A DNA stretch of 63,221 bases, the filler included, from Sandaracinaceae bacterium (GTDB taxonomy: Bacteria > Myxococcota_A > Polyangia > Polyangiales > JADJQN01), in NCBI GenBank assembly GCA_947483975.1. It is 5 parts of 5 records of this genome, joined end to end, with 100 filler letters (N's around TTAATTAATTAA, not from the genome) between each part and the next. Parts side by side here need not be neighbours in the genome. Positions count along the whole stretch, not along the records: positions 50,694 to 63,221 come from CANKOL010000132.1; 4 more parts are not named here. The stretch is one strand, 5' to 3'. Below the pieces are notes generated by a model, which saw only the letters and a list, made by a program, of their open reading frames with translations, was not told the DNA's origin and ran no database searches. Shown here one piece after another: positions 55,190 through 63,221 of the stretch (positions are counted from its first letter, which is position 1; every line of letters begins with the position of its first letter). A program made the translations under genes and the position numbers.

Positions 55190-56403
55190 CTACTGCCCAT
55201 CCGAGCGAATCGACCGCGACGGCGACTCCGCATGATCCCGCCGCGGCGATGCTCGAAGAAACCCGAGGTCTGATCGACGACCTCTCGCTCGGCGCCGTGC
55301 ATCAGTGGAAGGCAGAGCATCCCGGCGGGCTCGCCATCGGCTATATGCCGATCTACGTGCCGCGCCCCTTCATGGAGGCGATGGGTTGCCTGCCCGTCGC
55401 CGTCTTCGGCGGCGGCGATCAGACGGATATCATCCGCGGCGACTCGTACTTTCAGTCGTACATCTGCCATATCCCGCGGAGCACCCTCGAGCTCGCGTTC
55501 TCGAAGCGACTCGACGTGCTCGACGGAATGCTCTTCCCCTCGATCTGCGACGTGATCCGCAACCTCGGCGGCATGTGGCAGATGCTCTTCCCCGAGCGCT
55601 ACTCCGCCTACGTCGACCTGCCGCAGGACTTCGACGAGACCCGCGGCGGGCTGTTCTACGCCTACGAGATCAAGCGCATCGCCGCGGACCTCGTGCGCCT
55701 CGGCGCGCGTCCGCTCACCGATGACGCGCTCCGCGCCGCGCTCGCGCAGGAGAATCTGCGGCGCACCGCCCTGATGAAGCTCGACGAGCTGCGTCGGGTC
55801 GAGCCTTGGCGCGTGCGCGCGTCCGAGGCGTACATCATCGCGCGCGCCGGCAGCGTGCTGACGACCGAGGCGCACACCGCGCTCGTCAATCGCTTCCTCG
55901 CGCGCGCCGCCGAGCGTATCCCGCGCGCCTACGACAACGTCCGCGTCGTCGTGCGCGGCAGCTTCTGCGAGCAGCCGCCGCTCGCGCTGATCCGCACGCT
56001 CGAGGCGTCGGGCTGCGACATCGTCGACGACGACCTCCAGCTCGGACTCCGCTTCATCGAGGGGATGTTCGACGAGAACGCGGCCGACCCGCTGATGGAG
56101 CTCGTGCGCGGCTATCTGCGGCACGGCGTCGCGACCGCGTCGCGCTACATCGGCACCGACGTCAAGGGCGAGGCGCTCGTCAAGCGCGTGCAGGCGTGCG
56201 GCGCCGAGGGCGTGATCTTCGCCGCGGCGTCGTTCTGCGATCCCGCGCTGCTCGATCAGCCGATGCTCGAGGCTGCGCTCGACCGCGCCGCGATCCCGCA
56301 CACGGGCCTCAAGTACGGTGAGAATACGGGTCAGTTCCAGGTCATTCGTGAACAAGCCGGCGCGTTCTCCGACGCCGTGAAGCTGTGGGGTAGTGCGGCA
56401 TGA
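55186..56403 (+). CDS. bcrC: Benzoyl-CoA reductase subunit C
   Basis: RGDSYFQSYICHIPRST, FPSICDVIRNL, FCDPALL, ENTGQFQVIREQAG. Confidence 0.95.
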   Translation: MTTAHPSESTATATPHDPAAAMLEETRGLIDDLSLGAVHQWKAEHPGGLAIGYMPIYVPRPFMEAMGCLPVAVFGGGDQTDIIRGDSYFQSYICHIPRSTLELAFSKRLDVLDGMLFPSICDVIRNLGGMWQMLFPERYSAYVDLPQDFDETRGGLFYAYEIKRIAADLVRLGARPLTDDALRAALAQENLRRTALMKLDELRRVEPWRVRASEAYIIARAGSVLTTEAHTALVNRFLARAAERIPRAYDNVRVVVRGSFCEQPPLALIRTLEASGCDIVDDDLQLGLRFIEGMFDENAADPLMELVRGYLRHGVATASRYIGTDVKGEALVKRVQACGAEGVIFAAASFCDPALLDQPMLEAALDRAAIPHTGLKYGENTGQFQVIREQAGAFSDAVKLWGSAA

Positions 56404-57716
56404 CTACGATTCCGATTCTCGATCCCGTCAAGCCCGCAGCGAGCACCGGCAGCTCCAAGGACGACAGCCAAGTCCGGCAGAAGGAGATGATCGGCGATCA
56501 CTTCGAGCGGCTCTCCACCGCCAAGGAGGATGGCCGAAAGGTCGTCTACACCTTCGTGCCGGGCAACCTGACGGAGCTCCTACGCTCCCTCGATCTGCTC
56601 CCGGTTCTGCCCGAGATCAACGCGCTTCAAGCGGGTATGCGCAAGCAGTCCGGCGCGTTCATCGCAGAGGCAGAGAAGCTCGGGCACTCCGAGGATGTCT
56701 GCACGTACGTGAAGTGCGACATCGGCATGATGAAGTCGGGCGGCATCGGGCCGACGGGCAAGCGCCTGCCCGAGCCTGACCTACTCCTGCTCTCCTATAC
56801 GGGCTGCTTCACCTTCATGAAGTGGTTCGAGCTGCTCCGCGAGCAGTACAACTGCCCCGTCGTGATGCTGCACGTGCCCTATCAGGGCGAGGGCAAGATC
56901 ACGCCGGAGATGCGCAAGTACGTCGTCGATCAGCTCGAGCGGGACGTGATCCCCGCGCTCGAGAAGCTCGCCGGCAAGAAGCTCGACATGAAGGACCTCG
57001 CGCGCCGACTCGACCTCTCGCGTCAGGCCGAGGACGACCTCGTCAAGGTGTGGGAGTCCGCGAAGCACCGCCCGTCGCCGATCGACGGATACTTCGGCGG
57101 CGTCTACTACATCGGCCCGATCTTCAGCGCCTTCCGCGGCACCGAGGAAGCGGTCGAGTATTACAAGCTGCTGCGCGCCGAGGTCGAGGAGCGCATGGCG
57201 CGCAACGAAGGGCCGATGACGCCCGACGGCCCTTCGACGAAGGAGCGTTATCGCCTGGTGATCGAGGGGCCGCCCAACTGGACGAGCTTCACGGACTTCT
57301 GGCGGATGTTCAGCCGTGAGGGTGCGACGGTGGTCGCGAGCACGTACACGCGCGTCGGCGGTCTCTACGACGACGGCTTCCGGCACGACCCGGAGAATCC
57401 GCTCGAGAGCCTCGCGGACTACTGCCTCGGCTGTTACACGAACCACAGCCTCCCGGCCCGCACGGCGATGATCGAGAAGTACGTCCGCGACTACGAGGCG
57501 GACGGCTTCCTCATCAACAGCGTGAAGTCCTGCAACTCCTTCTCGGCAGGGCAGTTGCTCATTCTTCGCGAGATCGAGAAGCGCACCGGTGTTCCGGGCG
57601 GCTTCGTCGAATCCGACCTCGTCGACCCACGTTATTTCGGAAAAGCCAACATCGAGAATCGTGTGCAGAGCTATCTGCAGATGCTCGAAGCACGCAAGGA
57701 TCGGGGCGCCACATGA
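56400..57716 (+). CDS. bcrB: Benzoyl-CoA reductase subunit B
   Basis: TFVPGNL, GHSEDVCTYVK, YTGCFTFMKWFE, NSVKSCNSFSAGQL, ESDLVDPRYF. Confidence 0.95.
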   Translation: MTTIPILDPVKPAASTGSSKDDSQVRQKEMIGDHFERLSTAKEDGRKVVYTFVPGNLTELLRSLDLLPVLPEINALQAGMRKQSGAFIAEAEKLGHSEDVCTYVKCDIGMMKSGGIGPTGKRLPEPDLLLLSYTGCFTFMKWFELLREQYNCPVVMLHVPYQGEGKITPEMRKYVVDQLERDVIPALEKLAGKKLDMKDLARRLDLSRQAEDDLVKVWESAKHRPSPIDGYFGGVYYIGPIFSAFRGTEEAVEYYKLLRAEVEERMARNEGPMTPDGPSTKERYRLVIEGPPNWTSFTDFWRMFSREGATVVASTYTRVGGLYDDGFRHDPENPLESLADYCLGCYTNHSLPARTAMIEKYVRDYEADGFLINSVKSCNSFSAGQLLILREIEKRTGVPGGFVESDLVDPRYFGKANIENRVQSYLQMLEARKDRGAT

Positions 57717-59077
57717 AGTGCGTAGTCGGCATCGACCTGGGCTCGACGACCACCAAAGCCGTCCTCCTCGACGAGGGCGGCGAGGTGATCGGTCGCGGCA
57801 TCACGAACAGTCGCAGCAACTACGAGGTCGCCTGCGCGGTCGCGCGTGAGGAGGCTCTGCGCGCTGCGCGCTTCACCGTCCTCGAGCGCGCGCTCGTCGC
57901 CGAGGCCCAGCACGGCGTCCCCGAGGCCGAGCGCTGGAATCGCACGCTGCGCGATCAATTCCGGCTCGAGCTCTATCTCGACGAGCTCGGGGAGCTGCGC
58001 GAGGAGATCGTGCGAGTCCTGCGTTCCCTCAGCTATCACCGCGACCGGGAGGTGCTCACGGCCGCGGCGCACGAGGTGATCGACGGGATCGTCGCGGAGG
58101 CGCCCGCGCTGTTCTCCGAGGTGGGCGCGCGCCGAAGCGACTTCTTCCGCGATCTCGCGGCGGCGGGCTTCATGGCGGGCGCAGAGAAGATCGCGTCGCG
58201 GGACGGCATCGGCTTCGAGCGCCTCGTCGGGCTCTTCGATCGGGCCATCCTCGACGTCGAGACGCGCCTCACCGCGCGTCCGTTCGGCGCGCTCCTGACG
58301 CGCGCCGGGGCGCGGCTCCTCGGCACCGAGAGCGACGAGCTGCGGCGCACGGCGCTGACCCGCGCCATCGGGCGCGCGGCGGCGGAGCCGATCGAGGAGA
58401 TCTCCTTCGTCGGCACGGGCTACGGGCGGCAGACGCTGCCGTTCCCGAAGTCCGCCGTGAAGAGCGAGATCCTCTGTCATGGGCGCGGCGCACACCGCGT
58501 GTTCCCGGGCACGCGCACCGTGCTCGACATCGGCGGGCAGGACACGAAGGCGATTCAGGTCGACGACGCCGGAGTGGTCACCTCCTTCCAGATGAACGAT
58601 CGCTGCGCGGCGGGCTGTGGGCGCTATCTCGGCTACATCGCGGACGAGCTGAACCTCGGGCTGCACGAGCTAGGTCCGCTCGCGCTCGAGGCGCATCGCG
58701 TCGTGAAGGTGAACTCGACGTGCACCGTGTTCGCGGGCGCGGAGCTCCGCGAGCGGCTCGCGCTCGGCGAGCGCCGCGAGGACATCCTCGCGGGGCTCCA
58801 CCGCTCGATCATGCTGCGCGCGATGTCGCTGATCGCGCGCTCGGGCGGCGTGGACAACGAGTTCACGTTCACGGGCGGCGTCTGCCGCAACCCGATGGCG
58901 ACCAAGGTCCTCGGCGAGCTCGTCGAGGAAAACTACGGCGCTGGGATCACGATCAACGCGCACAGCGACTCCATCTTCATGGGCGCGCTCGGGGCAGCGA
59001 TGTTCGGTCTCGACGACGTGCGCGCCGGGCGTCCGGCGGTGATGCCGAGCTTCGTGCAAGCGGCGATGGCGCAGTGA
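57713..59077 (+). CDS. bcrA: Benzoyl-CoA reductase subunit A (ATPase)
   Basis: GIDLGSTTTK, GITNSRSNY, large insert, SEILCHG, DIGGQDTK, MNDRCAAGCGRYLGY. Confidence 0.95.
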   Translation: MKCVVGIDLGSTTTKAVLLDEGGEVIGRGITNSRSNYEVACAVAREEALRAARFTVLERALVAEAQHGVPEAERWNRTLRDQFRLELYLDELGELREEIVRVLRSLSYHRDREVLTAAAHEVIDGIVAEAPALFSEVGARRSDFFRDLAAAGFMAGAEKIASRDGIGFERLVGLFDRAILDVETRLTARPFGALLTRAGARLLGTESDELRRTALTRAIGRAAAEPIEEISFVGTGYGRQTLPFPKSAVKSEILCHGRGAHRVFPGTRTVLDIGGQDTKAIQVDDAGVVTSFQMNDRCAAGCGRYLGYIADELNLGLHELGPLALEAHRVVKVNSTCTVFAGAELRERLALGERREDILAGLHRSIMLRAMSLIARSGGVDNEFTFTGGVCRNPMATKVLGELVEENYGAGITINAHSDSIFMGALGAAMFGLDDVRAGRPAVMPSFVQAAMAQ

Positions 59078-59105
59078 TCAGCCTAGAGAAGAAGAGGAAC
59101 GCGCC

Positions 59106-60002
59106 ATGACCCAGAGCAAGAACGGACACCTGACGGTCGGTATCGACCCCGGCGCGAGCCACGTGAAGGTCGCCCTGATGCGCAGTCGGGCGGGGGCGGA
59201 GCCGGAGCTGCTCGGCACCACCGTGCAGCGCATTCGGCGCCGCAACGTGTACGAGGTCGTCAAGCTCGCCTTCGCGGAGACGTGCACCGCGGCGGGCGTC
59301 GATCCGGCGCAGCTCGACTACATCGCCAGCACGGGAGACGGCGACAGCGTCGAGTTCCGTACGGGGCATTTCTACAGCATCACCACGCACGCGCGCGGGG
59401 CGCTGTTCTTGAATCCCGCGGTGCGCTCCGCGCTCGACGTCGGCGCGCTGCACGCGCGGGCGCTCGCCATGACCGACGAGGGGCGCGTCGTCTCTCATCG
59501 CATGACGAGCCAGTGCGCGAGCGGCAGCGGGCAGTTCCTCGAGAACATCGCGCGCTATCTCGGCGTCCCGCTCGAGGACGTCGGCGAGATCTCGCGCGCC
59601 GGCGCCAATCCAGAGAAGGTGTCGAGCATCTGCGCGGTCCTCGCGGAGACGGACGTCATCAACATGGTCGCGCGTGGCATTCCCACGGCGGACATCCTCA
59701 AGGGGATTCACATCAGCATCGCAGGGCGGCTGCTGCAGCTGATTCGCGCGGTCGGCGCGGAGGGCACCGTGATGATCACGGGCGGACTCTCGCGCGACGT
59801 CGGGCTCGTCGCCGCTGTCGTCGAGCTTGCGGACGAGGAGAAGCCCCGCAAGGGCCGTCCGCAGCACACGCTCGTGTTCGAGACGCACCCCAACGCCGTT
59901 TACGCAGGCGCGATCGGCGCTGCGCTGCTCGGCGCGTTCCGGCACGATCAGCTCGCCCGTCGTGGGCAGGCGCTCATGAAGCCCGTCGTCGCGCTCGCCT
60001 GA
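59106..60002 (+). CDS. bcrD: Benzoyl-CoA reductase subunit D
   Basis: GHFYSITTHARGA, MTSQCASGSGQFLENIARYL, SSICAVLAETDVINMV. Confidence 0.95.
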   Translation: MTQSKNGHLTVGIDPGASHVKVALMRSRAGAEPELLGTTVQRIRRRNVYEVVKLAFAETCTAAGVDPAQLDYIASTGDGDSVEFRTGHFYSITTHARGALFLNPAVRSALDVGALHARALAMTDEGRVVSHRMTSQCASGSGQFLENIARYLGVPLEDVGEISRAGANPEKVSSICAVLAETDVINMVARGIPTADILKGIHISIAGRLLQLIRAVGAEGTVMITGGLSRDVGLVAAVVELADEEKPRKGRPQHTLVFETHPNAVYAGAIGAALLGAFRHDQLARRGQALMKPVVALA

Positions 60003-60013
60003 AATAGCGCGTT

Positions 60014-60065
60014 CTCAACCTGGGGGTGTGCGTGATGCTCGTCACGCGCACCCCCATTCGTTGAG
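60014..60065 (+). terminator. Strong stem-loop after bcrD (terminator or mRNA-stabilising hairpin)
   Basis: TGGGGGTGTGCGTGA / TCACGCGCACCCCCA 15-bp stem extended by CTCAAC/GTTGAG; weak U-tract. Confidence 0.6.
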
Positions 60066-60122
60066 TCTGCGCAAACAGAAGCGCCCGGCGCACGTCAAGA
60101 CGAGCGCACGCGGAGGTTCTCG

Positions 60123-63100
60123 GTGGCGCTCGCGTTGGGGATCGATGTGGGGTCGACGACGGTGAAGGTCGTCGCGGTCGATGACCGCGCGCGGCTGCGT
60201 TGGGCTGCGTCCGCGCGGCACGCAGGGCGCCCCTTCGAGCTCGTCGCGACGCTGAAGCGCGCCGCTCAGGAGGTCATCGGCGAGACCCGCGTCGGCTACA
60301 CGGGGACGCTCGGCACGATGCTCGCGGAGGCCGCGCGCGCGACGGCGGTGCACGAGGTGCACGCGGTGACGCTCGCGGTGCGGGTGCGGGCGCCTCACGC
60401 GCGCACGATCGTGGAGCTAGGCGGGCAGGACGCGAAGGTGATCTGGCTCGACCGGGACTCGGCGCGCTCGGAGATGAACGACCGCTGCGCGGCGGGCACG
60501 GGCGCGACGCTCGACCGCATCGCGCGCCGCCTCGCGCTGACGGAGGCGGAGGTGCGCGCCGCCGTGCCGCGAGACGATCTCCGCGTCACGGCGCGCTGCG
60601 GGGTGTTCGCCGAGAACGACGCGGTCAACCTCGTGCAGCTCGGCGCGGGTCGGAGCGACGTCTTCGGCGCGGTCGCGCGGGGCGTCGTCGCGCAGTGTCT
60701 GTCGGCGCTGATGAAGGGGCGCCTGCCCGAGGCGCCGGTGGTCTTGCTCGGCGGTCCGCACGTGCATGTGCCGGCGCTGGCGACCGCGTGGGCAGACGCG
60801 CTGCGCGGTGTCTGGTCGCGCGAGCTGGAGGGCGACGACGTGACGGTGCCCGCTGCCGCGCACCTCTTTGGGGCGATCGGCGCGGCGCTGCATGTGCTGC
60901 GCGGAGGCGGCTCGCTCGTCGTCGCGCGCGGCGTGACCTCGGGCGAGCGCCGCGTGCCCCCGCTGGTCGAGAGCGAGGCCGACGCCGAGGAGATTCGAGC
61001 GCTGACCGAGTCGTTGCAAGGCCCCGCGCGGACCAAGGGGAGCCGCGCGAGCAAGCGGCCCGTGCACGTCGGCGTCGACGCGGGCACGACCACCTGCAAG
61101 GCCGTCGCCGTCGACGCAGAGGGCCGCGTCCTGGCGAGCTCCTACGTCCCCTCGACGGGTGATCCGGTGCTCGACGCGCGCGCCGCGCTCGAGCAGCTCG
61201 GCGCCGCCGCCCGGCAGGTCGCGACGCTGGGAGTGACCGGCTACGGCGCGCCGCTGGTGGCGAAGGCGCTCGGCGCGAGCGCCTCGATCGTCGAGACGGA
61301 CGCTCATGCGCGCGGCGCACGCGCGGTCGCGCCGGACGTGGAGGTGGTCGTCGACGTCGGCGGCACGGACGTGAAGGTCCTTCGACTCCGCCCGGACGGC
61401 GTCGGCTCGTTCTACGTATCGAGCCAGTGCGCCGCGGGGCACGGCGCGTTCGTCGCGGCGACCGCCGCAGAGCTCGGAGTGCCCGTCGCCGAGATCGCCG
61501 AGCGCGCGTTCTCCGCGACGCGTGCGCCGCGCTTCGCGATCGGCTGCGCGGTGTTCATGGACACGGACCGCGTCAGCTTTCAGCGCGATGGCTATAGCCC
61601 CGCGGAGATCCTCGCGGGGCTCTCGTCGGCGGTCGCGCGCAGCGTCTGGGAGCACGTCGTCGGTGTGCCGCCCGCGCGCCTCGGACAGCGCTTCCTGCTC
61701 ACCGGCGGCGCGCACCGCAACGTCGCGATCGCCTGGGCGCAGCTCCGGCACCTGCGGGAGCGCGTGCCGGGCGCGGAGGTGCGCCTCGCGCCTCAGCCCG
61801 AGCTGGTCGGCGCGCTCGGCGCTGCGCTCGTCGCGCGCGACCTGCGAGCGGGCGACGCGCCGCTCGCGTGGCACTTGGGGGCACACGTCGAGGTCTTGCG
61901 CTCCGTCGCGCCCCACTGCGCCGGCTGCGACCTCGGCTGCGAGCGCACGGTCGTCGAGGTGCGCCGCGACGAGTCCGTCGAGTCGCTCGTCCTCGGCGCA
62001 GCGTGCGAGCGCGGCGCGACGGTGGGGACGCTCGGTCGGCGGAGCGCGCGGCACGCCGCGGACCTCTTCGATGACGAGGCGCGCCGGCTGTTTCGGCCGG
62101 GGCTCGCGCCGCCGCCGGGCCCCATCGCTCCGCGCACTCCCGTGCTGATGTTTCCTCGCGTGATGGGTCTTTACCGCTGTGCCCCGCTTCTCCAGGGTTA
62201 CCTGAGAGCGGCAGGTTTGCCCGAGTCGCATGTGCGCTTCGGGCCGCCGACCTCGCCGGAGCTCCTCGACGCCTCGCGCGTCCGCGCCGCCAACGACCCG
62301 TGCTTCCCAGCCAAGTCCGTCGCCGCGCACGTCGACGCGGCGCTCCGCGCGCACTCGACCTCGCCCTTCGATGTGCTCGTGCTCCCTGCCGTCACGCACG
62401 CGCACGTCGAGGCGTGCGGGACCGCCGACAACGCGTCGTGTCCGCTCGTCACGGCGTCCGGGCACACCGCGCTCGTCGCGGTGCGTCGGCAGGTCGACCG
62501 CCTCGCGGAGAGCGGCGTCTCCGTGTTGCAGCCGGAGCTCTGCTTGTCCGTGCCGACGCGCCTCGGCGAGCAACTCTTCGAGTCGTTTGGCCCCGTCCTC
62601 GGCCTCGACCGCGCGCGTCACGAGAGCGCGTTCGCGCACGCGCTGCGCTCGGTCCGCGCCTACCGCGAGGGCGCGGCTCGTCGCGGCGCCATCGTGATCG
62701 AGCGCGCCAGGCGCGAGGGGCGCACCGTCGCCGTGATCCTCGCGCGCCCGTATCTCTCCGACCCGGGCTTCTCGCATGGGATCTCGATGGAGCTCGCCGC
62801 GCGGGGCATTCCGGTGCTGAGCGTGCTCTCGCTCCCGGCGACCGACCGCGCGCTCACCGACCTCTCGGACCTCGCGCCGACTCTGACGAACTCCGGCAGC
62901 GCCGAGAAGCTCTGGGCCGCTCGCGTGATCGCGCGCGATCCGACGCTCGTCGCCGTCGATGTCTCGAGCTTCCGCTGCGGGCAGGACGCGTCGATCCTCG
63001 GGACGCTGACCGACCTGCTCGACGCCGCCGACAAGCCCTGGCTCGCGCTCCACGACCTCGACGAGCAGCGCCCCGCCGCGACGCTGCGCATGCGCATCGA

Positions 63101-63161
63101 GACGTTCGCGGCCGCCGTCCGGCGCTACGAGGCGCGCGCGCTCTCCAGGCCCGTCCCATGA
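60123..63161 (+). CDS. Multi-domain CoA-substrate enzyme activase (two BadF/BadG/BcrA/BcrD ASKHA domains plus dehydratase-like region)
   Basis: GIDVGSTTVK...ELGGQDAK...MNDRCAAGTG; second GVDAGTTTCK...DVGGTDVK...QCAAGHG; CFPAK and SSFRCGQD. Confidence 0.85.
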   Translation: MALALGIDVGSTTVKVVAVDDRARLRWAASARHAGRPFELVATLKRAAQEVIGETRVGYTGTLGTMLAEAARATAVHEVHAVTLAVRVRAPHARTIVELGGQDAKVIWLDRDSARSEMNDRCAAGTGATLDRIARRLALTEAEVRAAVPRDDLRVTARCGVFAENDAVNLVQLGAGRSDVFGAVARGVVAQCLSALMKGRLPEAPVVLLGGPHVHVPALATAWADALRGVWSRELEGDDVTVPAAAHLFGAIGAALHVLRGGGSLVVARGVTSGERRVPPLVESEADAEEIRALTESLQGPARTKGSRASKRPVHVGVDAGTTTCKAVAVDAEGRVLASSYVPSTGDPVLDARAALEQLGAAARQVATLGVTGYGAPLVAKALGASASIVETDAHARGARAVAPDVEVVVDVGGTDVKVLRLRPDGVGSFYVSSQCAAGHGAFVAATAAELGVPVAEIAERAFSATRAPRFAIGCAVFMDTDRVSFQRDGYSPAEILAGLSSAVARSVWEHVVGVPPARLGQRFLLTGGAHRNVAIAWAQLRHLRERVPGAEVRLAPQPELVGALGAALVARDLRAGDAPLAWHLGAHVEVLRSVAPHCAGCDLGCERTVVEVRRDESVESLVLGAACERGATVGTLGRRSARHAADLFDDEARRLFRPGLAPPPGPIAPRTPVLMFPRVMGLYRCAPLLQGYLRAAGLPESHVRFGPPTSPELLDASRVRAANDPCFPAKSVAAHVDAALRAHSTSPFDVLVLPAVTHAHVEACGTADNASCPLVTASGHTALVAVRRQVDRLAESGVSVLQPELCLSVPTRLGEQLFESFGPVLGLDRARHESAFAHALRSVRAYREGAARRGAIVIERARREGRTVAVILARPYLSDPGFSHGISMELAARGIPVLSVLSLPATDRALTDLSDLAPTLTNSGSAEKLWAARVIARDPTLVAVDVSSFRCGQDASILGTLTDLLDAADKPWLALHDLDEQRPAATLRMRIETFAAAVRRYEARALSRPVP

Positions 63162-63221
63162 GCGCGCTGCCGCCTCACGACGACCTGCTCGTGCTCGGGC
63201 TCGGGGCGCCGCACGACGACC
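63158..63221 (+). CDS. 5' start of the next coupled gene (probable dehydratase-component partner)
   Basis: ATGA overlap with the activase stop; only 21 codons visible. Confidence 0.45.
   Translation, partial: MSALPPHDDLLVLGLGAPHDD

Noticed and set aside
60085..60098. Second FNR-like site before the activase gene
   Set aside because: Only the right half-site (GTCAA) is present

Overview
The window is five contigs (1-12591, 12692-25278, 25379-37959, 38060-50593, 50694-63221) joined by artificial 100-bp N/TTAATTAATTAA linkers. Contig lengths decrease steadily, so this looks like a length-sorted assembly or MAG, and adjacency across gaps means nothing. Very high GC, many Cys-rich lipoproteins with DAG linkers, a Ser/Thr kinase and an OmpA/TSP3 protein suggest a myxobacterium (Polyangia/Sandaracinus-like; inference). 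Contig 1: UvrD/PcrA helicase, ThrE exporter, GH75 chitosanase, and two paralogous giant Cys-repeat lipoproteins (one tipped with an ALK/LTK-like glycine-rich domain) flanking an OmpA protein. Contig 2: GH13 alpha-glucosidase, glycogenin-like GT8, Kazal lipoprotein, LytS/LytTR pair, kinase. Contig 3: aerobic boxCB, an M14 peptidase/small protein/radical SAM-SPASM operon, a beta-defensin-like repeat lipoprotein, acyl-CoA dehydrogenase, MMPL. Contig 4: a PlpX/splicease-like radical SAM with a divergent Zn-ribbon lipoprotein precursor (LSAC-YG), followed by an accessory island containing VapBC, a broken MazF, a nucleotidyltransferase cassette bracketed by 208-bp direct repeats of a HerA-like ATPase 3' end, and an unknown helical protein downstream of a phased ~43-bp palindromic repeat array. 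Contig 5: anaerobic benzoyl-CoA pathway had-oah-dch-bcrCBAD behind a perfect FNR-type palindrome, plus an extra activase. All family calls come from motif recognition by eye; no database searches were run.
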